A stretch of 64,000 nt of DNA from Methanomicrobiales archaeon (GCA_026394715.1 JAPKXR010000229.1:628-64627); one strand, 5' to 3'. Counted from the stretch's first letter, positions 13,370 to 23,016 are shown. Notes: a model not told the origin generated them from the letters alone. Made by a program: numbers and translations.

Positions 13370-13651
13370 TCCCGGGAATTTCAGTTGCATGAAAAACTGG
13401 GGTTCTAGCGTTTGGACTAAGTTGTAGTCCTGAAGTCTTTCTTTTTTTTACTTTATTGAATGCAAACGGGGTTACCTTTTTAAATTACTTTATCGGGTTA
13501 GTGACGCTCCTTTGGGTAACGGGATAAGAAACTGTTACCTGTACGAACCGTTTTTTAACTATATCTGAATGGAAAATTCTTGCCAGGTCATGTTAATTTA
13601 GCGAAATGTGCGGTACGAGGTGAAATTTTCTGTCAGCCCGAAAAAAAAGAA

Positions 13652-14047
13652 TCAAGATTTTTTACGGTTTTTATTGTCTTTTCCAGGTTTAATCATCGAG
13701 TGAAGGTCAAGCAGGTAATTTCCCTCTGTCCCGATTCCTACGACACGTTCATCAGAGTTTGCGAGTTTTTCAATATTCAGTTCATAGGTGCCGGGTGCGA
13801 TAATCCTGATACTTTCGACCCTTTCATGGCACTCTTTTTTCTTACCAGGTTCAGTGTTTACCATCAGTACCTGGCCCGGGGCTTCTTTTGCGAGGGCATC
13901 AGCGGATTGCTCCCGCATTATGTCTTTATTCCTGTCATTTTCCCCAACGTAGAGGAATTTTCTGCCGCCGCAACTTTCACACCCGCGCAGGATAACGGGT
14001 GATGCGTCCTTGTAGTCCCTCCCGCACTGGACACACTTGTGGGGCAT
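13652..14047 (-). CDS. Zn-ribbon protein (DUF2072; OapC/ArvC-like)
   Basis: MPHKCVQCG...ILRGCESCGGRKFLY and ESIRIIAPGTYELNI; third gene of the GTPase operon. Confidence 0.85.
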   Translation of the reverse strand: MPHKCVQCGRDYKDASPVILRGCESCGGRKFLYVGENDRNKDIMREQSADALAKEAPGQVLMVNTEPGKKKECHERVESIRIIAPGTYELNIEKLANSDERVVGIGTEGNYLLDLHSMIKPGKDNKNRKKS

Positions 14048-14054
14048 GTACCAT

Positions 14055-14417
14055 TCACCGTGTTGATATCCAGGCGCTAATCTGGTCTTTATCTTTTTTG
14101 ATCATTTTCAACTGGTTTGCAGGCCCGATTACGGTGAGTCTACTCGAGGCTGATTGCTTGCCAATAAGCCGTGACAGGAAAGAATTCCCTTCGTGTGATG
14201 GGTATGTTTCCATCTCAATGCCGTTAAAATCATCCGGGAGGATCTCTTTCATGGTCATCTCAATGAGCTTGCTCTGCTCATCAGGTTCAAGCCCTTTTTC
14301 CAGAATTACGATTGTTCCCTGCCTGACTTTGTCCAGTATCAGGTGAATCTTCTCCATCGACGTCATATTTTCAAGACTTTCCTGCGAGATTAGGTCGATC
14401 TGAACTCCCTGTAACAT
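14055..14417 (-). CDS. DUF2073 protein (OapB/ArvB-like)
   Basis: SMEKIHLILD, LEKGLEPDEQSKLIEMTM, FNGIEME, LTVIGPANQ. Confidence 0.85.
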   Translation of the reverse strand: MLQGVQIDLISQESLENMTSMEKIHLILDKVRQGTIVILEKGLEPDEQSKLIEMTMKEILPDDFNGIEMETYPSHEGNSFLSRLIGKQSASSRLTVIGPANQLKMIKKDKDQISAWISTR

Positions 14418-14424
14418 CGTTTAA

Positions 14425-15066
14425 TCACCTGAAGGAATGCACCATCTGTTCATAGAGTTCTTCAATATTTTTCCCCTCAAGGCAGGAAATCGGCACAACC
14501 GGGTGCTGGGGGAACGCGCTCCTTATTTTTTGCGGGGCCGCATCCGGAAGATCGATTTTACTGGCGGCAATGATGACGGGAAGTTTCCTGCTCTCGATGA
14601 TCCCAATCATCATGATGTTGACCTGCTGGAATGGGTCTGAAGTACTGTCCAGCATGTAGATCACCCCGTCAATATCCTCCCGAAGCCAGTGCATCGCTTC
14701 TGCAACACCCTCAGTTGCTTCCCTGGAGCGTGTGATCGCCTCCTCTTTGTCAAGGCCATACTCCAGAAATTCCTTGTAATCAATTTTTGTGGTCACCCCG
14801 GGTGTATCAACGATATCTATTGTAATTGAATGCCCGTTTGAACCCGAAATACAGATGTCCTGTCTCCTGAGTGCCCGCCTGGTCTCGTGGGGAATTTCAC
14901 TGACTGTTCCAATTGTATCCCCTGCCCAGTCGCGGGCTATCCGGTTTGCAAGGGTCGTCTTGCCTGCATTTGGGGGGCCATAAATTCCAACTTTTGCGCG
15001 TTTTCTCTTGAAAAACGCGGAAAAAAACCGTGAAAAACTATTTTTAGTCTGGACAAAAATATCCAT
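14425..15066 (-). CDS. Era-like small GTPase (OapA/ArvA-like)
   Basis: G1 GPPNAGKTT, G2 PHETR, G3 DTPG, G4 variant SKID. Confidence 0.88.
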   Translation of the reverse strand: MDIFVQTKNSFSRFFSAFFKRKRAKVGIYGPPNAGKTTLANRIARDWAGDTIGTVSEIPHETRRALRRQDICISGSNGHSITIDIVDTPGVTTKIDYKEFLEYGLDKEEAITRSREATEGVAEAMHWLREDIDGVIYMLDSTSDPFQQVNIMMIGIIESRKLPVIIAASKIDLPDAAPQKIRSAFPQHPVVPISCLEGKNIEELYEQMVHSFR

Positions 15067-15221
15067 TAAACACCTCGCTCTGATGCTGCCAGTTGTTTCA
15101 TTTGCAATTAATCCTTATGAAGAGATCAGTGGCGCTGCATATTATCGTTATGCAATCAGGACCCTGTTTATTTTTTTAATGGATTATAAAACCCGGGAAT
15201 TCTCTTCCGGGAAGTATATAT

Positions 15222-15245
15222 ACACCAATTTCTTTATATTGGTGT
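15222..15245. promoter_or_regulatory. Inverted repeat ACACCAAT-N8-ATTGGTGT in the divergent promoter (candidate operator)
   Basis: Perfect 8-bp arms directly after TATA-like GTATATAT (15214-15221). RBS GGAGGTGA precedes TTG 15289. Confidence 0.4.
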
Positions 15246-15288
15246 CTTACCGTAATGGTAAACTGTAGCATTATATGGAGGTGAACTC

Positions 15289-15852
15289 TTGAATAATGAA
15301 AAAGACCAGATCCATTTTGAGACCCGTATCCCGTTAAACGAGATCATGCAGAGCAATCCTACAACAATCGGGTACGAAGCGACTGTGGCGGAAGCTGCAG
15401 CCTCAATGTGCAGGGACGAAGTGGGCAGTTGCATTGTTCTCAAAAATAACCTGCCGATTGGCATTGTCACCGAGGAGGATATTAACTGCAAGGTCGTGGC
15501 GAAGGACAAGAGACCCGGTTCCGTGAAGGTTGGCGAGATCATGAGCACTCCTCTGATCACGGTGTCGGCAGGAAAGACTGTCGGGGATGCGGCCCATATG
15601 ATGATTAAGCACCGGGTAAGGAGGTTACCAGTTGTAGATGATGATAAAGCGGTAATTGGAATTGTAACGGTGCGGGATCTTCTCACGGTATCTACCGAAA
15701 TTAATGAGCTGATGGCAGATCTGATTGAGGTTAACCGGATAGAAGAAATTGAAATGGGTATGTGTAACCGTTGCGGTCAGATGTCAGATGACCTAAAGAG
15801 GATCGACAACGTCATGCTCTGTTCATCCTGCAGGGAGGAGGAATACCTTTAA
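15289..15852 (+). CDS. CBS-pair protein with C-terminal CxxC..CxxC zinc ribbon
   Basis: Two CBS motifs (GIVTEED, RRLPVVD..GIVTVRD) and the tail CNRCG...CSSC. TTG start with a strong RBS. Confidence 0.88.
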   Translation: MNNEKDQIHFETRIPLNEIMQSNPTTIGYEATVAEAAASMCRDEVGSCIVLKNNLPIGIVTEEDINCKVVAKDKRPGSVKVGEIMSTPLITVSAGKTVGDAAHMMIKHRVRRLPVVDDDKAVIGIVTVRDLLTVSTEINELMADLIEVNRIEEIEMGMCNRCGQMSDDLKRIDNVMLCSSCREEEYL

Positions 15853-16607
15853 TGAAAATGGTTGCAGACTTCATGGTTGAGGTGCCGCTCCTCAAACTGG
15901 ATGATACGGTGACTAAGGCCCGCCAGATCCTCAGGGATGATTCCTTTCGTGAGATATACATCCATGATGGGAAAAAAAAACTCCAAGGATATATAGATAT
16001 TACTGACGTGCTGCAAATCAGGTCAACGAAATCAAATGTGACTGTTGAGGGTTTTATGAAAGAACCCGCGGCCGTTTTGGAAAATACGACAATCGAACAG
16101 GCAGTGCGGATAATCCGCGAATTTCGGACTGACAGTGCTGCAGTGATTGATGAGAGACGGTATATTATCGGGGGAGTGATTATTTCTGACCTGTTCCCGA
16201 TCATCATTACCCGGCATGAACTCAAGGGGTCAGCGGGAGATTATTTGACAAAGAAAGTAATTACCTGTGCGCCTGATGACCCGGTCCAGAAAGTCTATAA
16301 CCTCATCATAGAGAGTGGGTTTTCCGCATTTCCTGTGATTAAAAAGGACAAGGTCCTTGGAATAATTTCAAGAAGGGATCTTCTCAAGGCAGGGAGAGTC
16401 CGTAGTGTGCTCGAAAATCATGCATCAACACCGATCGAGACCATTATGACCAAAACGGTCATTTCTGTCTCACCCGAAGAGCCTATTCAGTCAGCGGCTG
16501 CGCTCATGGTACGGTACGATATCAGCCGCGTCCCGGTCCTTGAATCGACCCGCCTTGTGGGAATACTGGACAGGCATGACGTCATGAAGGCGCTGGTGCT
16601 GGTATAA
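15852..16607 (+). CDS. CBS-domain protein (4 CBS)
   Basis: GYIDITD, GIISRRD, SRVPV..GILDRHD; start overlaps the upstream stop. Confidence 0.88.
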   Translation: MKMVADFMVEVPLLKLDDTVTKARQILRDDSFREIYIHDGKKKLQGYIDITDVLQIRSTKSNVTVEGFMKEPAAVLENTTIEQAVRIIREFRTDSAAVIDERRYIIGGVIISDLFPIIITRHELKGSAGDYLTKKVITCAPDDPVQKVYNLIIESGFSAFPVIKKDKVLGIISRRDLLKAGRVRSVLENHASTPIETIMTKTVISVSPEEPIQSAAALMVRYDISRVPVLESTRLVGILDRHDVMKALVLV

Positions 16608-16681
16608 CGTCACCGTGAATATCTGATTATCTTGAACATAAGGGAATTTGCCGTCAATAAAAGGACAAGGGTAGTGTAACT

Positions 16682-17629
16682 ATGCACAATGATCGTTCGA
16701 TAAAACCAGTCGGTAAATCTGTCAGAATGCCCGGAAATCTTGACCGGGGGCCGGTAGAGTTTAAGTCCCACATTGCCTCTCACGAAGGGGAAATAATGGC
16801 GATCGCAACCAGGGATGTAGTATCGGTCCAGCCAAGTATGAGCATCATCGCTGCAGTTGAAACAATGACCCGTTGTGGTTTCCGACGGCTACCTGTCATT
16901 GATGCGGGGAGTCGGAAACTCCGTGGAATTGTTACATCAGGGGATATTATTAACTTTCTTGGAGGTGGGGATAAATACAACCTGGTCAAGGTCAAGCATG
17001 AGGGGAATCTCCTTGCCGCTATTAACGAGAGTATCCGTACTATTATGACCCCGAAGATGACGACGCTTCCCGAGTCGTCAACTATTGCTCACGCTGTCGA
17101 GATAATCATCAGCAGGATGGTTGGTGGAATACCGATCGTCGGTCACGATGATACGATGGAAGGGATCGTAACAGAACGTGATGTAATGAAGACACTCGCT
17201 CATGAGATTACAGACCTCTGTGTGGAGGATATTATGAGCACATCATTACGGGTTACTTCGCCTGATGCCCTGATTGGGGCAGTGACCAGAGATATGACCC
17301 GGCACCGGTACAGGAGACTTCCGGTTGTAACGGATGATGTCTTATACGGTATAATTACCACAACCGATATCGTACGGTATATTGGGGACCGGAAGGTCTT
17401 TTCCAGTATGGAGACCGGTGATGTGGAAGAAGTGATGTCATTATCGGTGAGGGATCTCATTTCGGGTAATCTCTTCACCACGGTGCCGGAACGGAACGTG
17501 AATGATGCGGCCCGTGAAATGTTTGAGCGGAACGTCGGGGCACTGCCGGTAATAGAAGACGCAAAATTGATCGGTCTCGTAACAGAATTTGACCTTGTAA
17601 AAGCATTTGCACGGGGGACCAGGAGATGA
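16682..17629 (+). CDS. CBS-domain protein (4 CBS), MJ1225/AMPK-gamma-like
   Basis: FRRLPVID, GIVTSGDIINFLGGGDKYNL...NLLAAINE, GIVTERD, GALPVIE..GLVTEFD. Confidence 0.9.
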   Translation: MHNDRSIKPVGKSVRMPGNLDRGPVEFKSHIASHEGEIMAIATRDVVSVQPSMSIIAAVETMTRCGFRRLPVIDAGSRKLRGIVTSGDIINFLGGGDKYNLVKVKHEGNLLAAINESIRTIMTPKMTTLPESSTIAHAVEIIISRMVGGIPIVGHDDTMEGIVTERDVMKTLAHEITDLCVEDIMSTSLRVTSPDALIGAVTRDMTRHRYRRLPVVTDDVLYGIITTTDIVRYIGDRKVFSSMETGDVEEVMSLSVRDLISGNLFTTVPERNVNDAAREMFERNVGALPVIEDAKLIGLVTEFDLVKAFARGTRR

Positions 17630-18468
17630 TTGCATCGGATATTATGACAAGTCCGGTATATGTGGTTGGCCCGTCCGAGAACATTGCACATGCAAGAAAC
17701 CTGATGTTAAAACACAAAATATCCCGCCTGCCGGTTGTGCAGGAATCGGGTCTGATTGGTATTATTACCAAGAAGGACATTGGATACAGGCTGCGTCACA
17801 CCGAACCCGTCTGGAGGAGGAGACCCATTGACCTGGTACCGGTGGAACTGCTGATGACACCAAGCCCCTGTTCGGTGAAGTCCGGTGAGCCGGTGAAGGC
17901 AATTGCCCATCTGATGGTAACTAATGATTTTAGTGGTATTCCAGTCATTGAAGGCCATAAAATTGTGGGAATTGTTACAAAATCGGACCTTTTCAGGTCG
18001 GCATACCTTGGAAGCCTGCCGCTTGAGGTGGGTGATCTGATGGAAGATGCAATTACCGTCAGCCGGTACCATTCACTTGACCATATTGTGAACCTGATGA
18101 TTGAACGGGATGACAAACTCGTGGTCGTCAATAATGATGGCACGCTCGCAGGGATCATTACTGAAAGTAACCTGGCATTCTACAAGTGTACAGATGATAA
18201 GAGCGGCGATATGCCTGAAAAGGGTATTACAAGGCTTAGAAAGGAGGAGTCAGCAGGGAGAAAATATTACCGGGATGTCATTTCTGTATCGGCGGTGGCT
18301 GAAGATGTGATGACCGGGCCCGTGGTAACCATTAGCCCGGAAGACCGGGTCAGCGAGGCGGTCCTTGTCATGCGTGAGAAGCATGTAAGCAGTCTCGTTG
18401 TGGTCGAAGCAGACGAAATCAAAGGAATCCTTAAAAGAGATGATATCATAAAGGAAGTGGCAAAATGA
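17626..18468 (+). CDS. CBS-domain protein (4 CBS)
   Basis: ISRLPVV..GIITKKD, WRRRPID insert, GIVTKSD, GILKRDD. Confidence 0.88.
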   Translation: MIASDIMTSPVYVVGPSENIAHARNLMLKHKISRLPVVQESGLIGIITKKDIGYRLRHTEPVWRRRPIDLVPVELLMTPSPCSVKSGEPVKAIAHLMVTNDFSGIPVIEGHKIVGIVTKSDLFRSAYLGSLPLEVGDLMEDAITVSRYHSLDHIVNLMIERDDKLVVVNNDGTLAGIITESNLAFYKCTDDKSGDMPEKGITRLRKEESAGRKYYRDVISVSAVAEDVMTGPVVTISPEDRVSEAVLVMREKHVSSLVVVEADEIKGILKRDDIIKEVAK

Positions 18469-19241
18469 GCGACGAATTACTTATCCGGGACATTATGTCA
18501 AAGCCTCTGACGATTGCGAAATCAGCAGCCATCACAGAAGCCCTTGACAAAATGCTCACTGAAGCGGTTGACCCACTCATCGTGGTGAATAACGGTTCAG
18601 TGGTAGGGACCATTTCAAGAAGGACAATCGCGGAGACCCTCGGCAGCAAGAAGAACTCCGGACTTTCTCCCTCTTCAATCCACGTATCAAATTCGATGGA
18701 AGAAGATTTTACGACCGTGTATCCTGACCAGGACCTCGAAATACTGGTGCCGCTTCTCCAGCATTACAAGCTTGTTGTGGTCTATGACGAAGATCACCGG
18801 CTGGTTGGCCAGGTCAGTGCCCAGGACCTGCTGAAAGCATACAGACCCGAAGGCAGTGTGAAGGAAATGATGGAACCTGCCTGTACTATCGATGCGGAGG
18901 AGCGCGTTGTCCACATGCGGCGCAGGATGCTCGATGACAACATCCACCGGTTCGTGGTGACTGAAAATAACAATATCCTCGGCATTGTAACTGAAACTGA
19001 TGTAGCTACAGCGATGAGGAACTTTCGGAAGATGGTCGAGGATCGTCACCAGGACCACCGTATCCGGAACCTCCTCGTGAAGGACATTATGACGTCACCG
19101 GTGATCACCGTACCAGGGGACAAAAAGATCACGGGAGTTATTGATATGATGGTACAAAAGAATATCAGTGCAATTCCCGTGGTTGATAATAATAACCTGA
19201 CCGGCATGGTAACAAGGGATTCATTGATCAGAGCATTATAG
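18465..19241 (+). CDS. CBS-domain protein (4 CBS)
   Basis: IRDIMSKP, GIVTETD, VKDIMTSPV, SAIPVVD..GMVTRD. Confidence 0.88.
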   Translation: MSDELLIRDIMSKPLTIAKSAAITEALDKMLTEAVDPLIVVNNGSVVGTISRRTIAETLGSKKNSGLSPSSIHVSNSMEEDFTTVYPDQDLEILVPLLQHYKLVVVYDEDHRLVGQVSAQDLLKAYRPEGSVKEMMEPACTIDAEERVVHMRRRMLDDNIHRFVVTENNNILGIVTETDVATAMRNFRKMVEDRHQDHRIRNLLVKDIMTSPVITVPGDKKITGVIDMMVQKNISAIPVVDNNNLTGMVTRDSLIRAL

Positions 19242-19458
19242 CCGGATCAGCCGGCTTCTCTATTTTTCTTTTTATTTGTGCTGAATTTAATTCCCGGGAG
19301 ATTGTTTCCGCTGGAAAATGGGTTTTTTAATTGTAAATTTTTGCCATTTGCCAAACCAGGAAACACGAGTTTATTCAAATTAGAAAATCCACGTTCTATT
19401 TTAGAATCCCTGATTTAACAATCATTATATCAAATCCCGCCTATAGATTTTTCAGACA

Positions 19459-20430
19459 ATGGCAATGAAACCGACAAGCCCCGTTAATCCTGTTGCGGAT
19501 ATCACCCTTCTACTCGAAGGGATGAGTAATACTGGGTTTCAGGGCAGGAAACTTGGCGAGTCCGTGGGTGTGTGGTCTGATATGATTAAGGACCCGGATT
19601 GTACAATTCTGCTGGGGTTATCCGGCGCCATGATCCCCGGTGGTATGCAGAAGTGCCTGATTGAACTTGTCGAACGACACTATGTGGATGTAATTGTATC
19701 GACCGGTGCCAATATTTTCCACGATGCCTGTGAGCATCTCGGTGTGCGGCATTACAAGGGCCATCATCATGTTGATGATGAACAACTGTTCTCGAAGGGT
19801 ATTGACAGGATATATGATGTATTTGCATACGAGGAGCAATTCAGGAATGTTGACCGCCAGATTGCAAATTTTGCTGGAGAAATTGCACCGTTTCATGGAT
19901 CTTCAGCTGAGTTCATACGCATGTATGGGGAATTTTTACTCAGGATGCATCCGGAAGGGTCGTCGCTAATCGGGAGTTCAGTGCAGGGATCGGTCCCGGT
20001 GTTTATTCCCGCAATCTCTGATTCTTCAATTGGTATCGGACTCCTTATGGCCAGGAGAGAAGGTGTCCGGGTCGAGATTGATCAGATCGCAGATGTTGAC
20101 GAGATCGCAAAGATTGTCGAGGGCTCAAAAAAGACAGGGGTTATCTATATTGGTGGTGGCGTTCCGAAAAACTTTATCCAGCAGACCCAGGTAATTGCAT
20201 CGATTTACGAGAGCCGGCAGGAGGGTCATGCCTATGCCATTCAGTATACTACTGATGCACCCCATTGGGGCGGGTTGTCGGGATGCACGTTCGAAGAGGC
20301 GATCAGCTGGGGAAAAGAGTCTGTGCATACCCCGAGGGTACAGTGTTTCTGCGATGCAACGATTGCGCTCCCGCTAGTCACTGCAGCCCTGATTAATAGC
20401 GGGGTGGTAAGAGCAAAACAAGCTATGTGA
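19459..20430 (+). CDS. dys: Deoxyhypusine synthase
   Basis: TGFQGRKLG, STGAN, IDRIYD, GGGVPKNF, GGLSGCTFEEAISWGK, CDATIALP. Confidence 0.93.
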   Translation: MAMKPTSPVNPVADITLLLEGMSNTGFQGRKLGESVGVWSDMIKDPDCTILLGLSGAMIPGGMQKCLIELVERHYVDVIVSTGANIFHDACEHLGVRHYKGHHHVDDEQLFSKGIDRIYDVFAYEEQFRNVDRQIANFAGEIAPFHGSSAEFIRMYGEFLLRMHPEGSSLIGSSVQGSVPVFIPAISDSSIGIGLLMARREGVRVEIDQIADVDEIAKIVEGSKKTGVIYIGGGVPKNFIQQTQVIASIYESRQEGHAYAIQYTTDAPHWGGLSGCTFEEAISWGKESVHTPRVQCFCDATIALPLVTAALINSGVVRAKQAM

Positions 20431-20649
20431 ATACTATTAATGCGTGTTGACTGTTCCTGCTGTAAAAGCAATAGAATTTAAATTAAATGACCTTATTTCA
20501 AAAAACTGTACTGGTTCACGTTTTTTTTCTATCCTGTTCGATAGTACCAGATACAGAAAGGATTATCAGCCGTTCTGATCTATATAATAAAGCACCATTC
20601 ATGGAGCAGCAAATATGTGCTGCGAGTGTCGAAAGATGCGAGATTCGCT

Positions 20650-20734
20650 GTTGAGGTAGCCAAGCCTGGTATGGCGCAGGTTTGCTAAACCTGTGTCCCC
20701 CTGGGACTCGAGGGTTCAAATCCCTCCCTCAGCG
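20650..20734 (+). tRNA. tRNA-Ser(GCT)
   Basis: Acceptor GTTGAGG/CCTCAGC, anticodon arm CAGGT-TT-GCT-AA-ACCTG, long variable arm, T-arm GAGGGTTCAAATCCCTC. Confidence 0.95.
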
Positions 20735-20765
20735 TTAAGGGCAAATCTCATTTCAGGGGGATTGG

Positions 20766-21218
20766 ATGGCTCAGGAAGAGGACATAAAATATTTTGTACG
20801 GATCAGCAACTCTGATCTGGATGGGACGAAGCAGGTCAAGGTTGCCCTTACGGGCATCAAGGGCGTTGGCAGACACACCGCAGGTGTGATAACCCATCTT
20901 GCCAGTGTCAACGGACACGACATCATGGGACGTCTCAAGGATGAGGATGTAGACCGCCTAAGAGCTGTGGTAGAGAATTATACAGAGAGAGTCCCGGCGT
21001 GGATGGTCAACCGGCCCAAGGATGTGTATACTGGAGAAAGCAGGCACATTTTTGGTACCGATCTATCAACCGCCCTCGATGAGGATATCAACCTGATGAG
21101 GAAAATTCGCTGTTACCGCGGGATCAGGCATGAAACTGGTCAGAAGGTTCGTGGACAGCGTACCAAGTCAACCGGACGTACCGGCACCACTGTGGGTGTG
21201 AAGAGGAAGAAAGAGTAA
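20766..21218 (+). CDS. rps13: 30S ribosomal protein S13 (uS13)
   Basis: [27 protein letters not shown]. Confidence 0.97.
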   Translation: MAQEEDIKYFVRISNSDLDGTKQVKVALTGIKGVGRHTAGVITHLASVNGHDIMGRLKDEDVDRLRAVVENYTERVPAWMVNRPKDVYTGESRHIFGTDLSTALDEDINLMRKIRCYRGIRHETGQKVRGQRTKSTGRTGTTVGVKRKKE

Positions 21219-21230
21219 GTGGTGAAATAG

Positions 21231-21776
21231 ATGGGTTACCCAGGGAAGAACCACAAACAGTACCAGACGCCAAAACGGCCTTTCGAGAAGACAAGGATCG
21301 AAGAAGAGACCCGTCTGGTCATAGAATATGGGCTTCGGAACAAAAGGGAGGTCTGGAAAGCACAGGCCTATCTCCGACGCTACAGGAAAGCAGCACGTGA
21401 TCTCCTCTCTCTGATGTCCGCAGGTGTTGACGTTCAGACTTTTGAGACCAAAAAAGCTGTACTGATTGATCATATACAGCGTATGGGCCTTCTTGGACCT
21501 GATGCGGATATCGATGATGTACTGTCATTGAAAGTGCCTGCACAGCTCGAAAGGCGGCTTCAGACACTTGTGTATAGGCAGGGGCTCGCAAGGTCACCAA
21601 AGCAGGCCCGCCAACTTATTACCCACGGGCATGTCGCGATTAACGGCAAGCGGGTATCAATTCCGGGATACCGTGTTAAACGGACAGAAGAGACACAGTT
21701 ATCCTACTACGGGAAATCCCCGCTGACATTATCAGACCATGCAGAGCGGGCAAGAATCGGCAAGGTCGGTAGATAA
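21231..21776 (+). CDS. rps4: 30S ribosomal protein S4 (uS4)
   Basis: [30 protein letters not shown]. Confidence 0.97.
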   Translation: MGYPGKNHKQYQTPKRPFEKTRIEEETRLVIEYGLRNKREVWKAQAYLRRYRKAARDLLSLMSAGVDVQTFETKKAVLIDHIQRMGLLGPDADIDDVLSLKVPAQLERRLQTLVYRQGLARSPKQARQLITHGHVAINGKRVSIPGYRVKRTEETQLSYYGKSPLTLSDHAERARIGKVGR

Positions 21777-21778
21777 TC

Positions 21779-22174
21779 ATGGCAGCAGACAAGGAAAAAT
21801 GGGGGATAGCGCATATATTTGCCTCCTTTAACAATACAATCATCACGGTGACTGATCTCTCGGGAGCCGAGACGGTGACTAAGAGCAGCGGCGGTATGGT
21901 CGTTAAGCAGGACAGAAACGAAAGTTCACCCTATGCAGCCATGCAAATGGCTTCAAACGTTGCGCAGGTGGCACGGGAGAAGGGGATCACCGGCGTTCAT
22001 GTTAAGGTCAGGGCACCGGGCCGTGGAAAACAAAGAAGCCCGGGACCAGGTGCGCAGGCTGCAATTCGTGCATTGGCCAGGGCCGGCATGCGAATCGGGC
22101 GTATTGAAGATGTCACCCCGGTACCGCATGATTCGATCCGGGCAAAAGGCGGAAGGCGTGGGCGGAGAGTCTGA
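21779..22174 (+). CDS. rps11: 30S ribosomal protein S11 (uS11)
   Basis: [35 protein letters not shown]. Confidence 0.97.
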   Translation: MAADKEKWGIAHIFASFNNTIITVTDLSGAETVTKSSGGMVVKQDRNESSPYAAMQMASNVAQVAREKGITGVHVKVRAPGRGKQRSPGPGAQAAIRALARAGMRIGRIEDVTPVPHDSIRAKGGRRGRRV

Positions 22175-23016
22175 TGGATATCATATTCAACAGGCTTGAC
22201 GAAAACTCATGCCGTTTCCAGATAGGGCCGGTCAATACAGCCTTTGCCAATTCATTTCGCAGGGCAATGATCGGAGAGGTCCCGACACTGGCGATAGAAG
22301 ATGTCCGTATTTATGATAATACCAGTGCGCTCTTTGATGAAATTCTTGCACACCGGATTGGTCTGATCCCGATCACGACCGACCTGTCGGGCTATGTCAA
22401 GAGGGAAGAGTGTTCCTGCAATGGAGAAGGTTGTCCGGCATGCAGGGCCATGTTTACGATGAGCGTGGAAGGTCCTGGGATGGTATATTCCAGGGATCTT
22501 ATCCCTGAAGACCCGGCAACGATACCAGCCTATGACAATATCCCTATTGTCAAGTTGACAAAAGATCAGAAGGTTGTGGTAGAGGCTCACGCAATACTCT
22601 CCACAGGAAAAATGCATGCGAAATGGCAGCCGACAACTGCATGCGGGTATAAGAATTATCCACTGATTACAATTGGCGAGGCATGCGATGGCTGTGGCCA
22701 GTGCGTTGAAGAATGCCCAAGGGTGGTACTTGAGGTGCATGGTGCCCGCGTGAAGGTAGTCCCTGGTCGTATTGAGGAGTGCTCTCTCTGTGGGTTATGC
22801 GAAAAAGCGTGTCTTGGAAGTGGGATCGGGGAAGAACCTGCAATCAAGGTCTCATTTGAGAAAAAGCGATATATATTCGTTGTAGAAGGCGACGGCTCCC
22901 TGCCTGTGAAGCAGATCATCGTGCATGGTCTCCAGTTTATAAAAGACCAGTCCGAGGAGCTGAAAGAGAGAATCGGTGAAATATCGGGAGGTACAGGAGA
23001 TGAAAAGCAGGAGTAA
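22174..23016 (+). CDS. rpoD: DNA-directed RNA polymerase subunit D with a 2x[4Fe-4S] ferredoxin-like insert
   Basis: ANSFRRAMIGEVPTLAI, DEILAHRIGLIP, HAKWQP; CxxCxxCxxxCP and CxxCxxCxxxC. Confidence 0.96.
   Translation: MDIIFNRLDENSCRFQIGPVNTAFANSFRRAMIGEVPTLAIEDVRIYDNTSALFDEILAHRIGLIPITTDLSGYVKREECSCNGEGCPACRAMFTMSVEGPGMVYSRDLIPEDPATIPAYDNIPIVKLTKDQKVVVEAHAILSTGKMHAKWQPTTACGYKNYPLITIGEACDGCGQCVEECPRVVLEVHGARVKVVPGRIEECSLCGLCEKACLGSGIGEEPAIKVSFEKKRYIFVVEGDGSLPVKQIIVHGLQFIKDQSEELKERIGEISGGTGDEKQE

Noticed and set aside
13370..13651. GGTAAC/GTTACC dyads and T-runs between aIF1 and the Zn-ribbon gene
   Set aside because: Short motifs in a convergent spacer, most simply terminators or chance.
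15196..15208. GGAA..TTCC as a possible NrpR operator (similar at about 39540)
   Set aside because: The spacer is 5 nt rather than 6, and the adjacent genes are not nitrogen-related.
19304..19316. ORB-like TTCCAGCGGAAAC (minus strand) in an AT-rich spacer near the oap genes
   Set aside because: Single copy, no G-string and no cdc6 in the window; not enough to call a replication origin.
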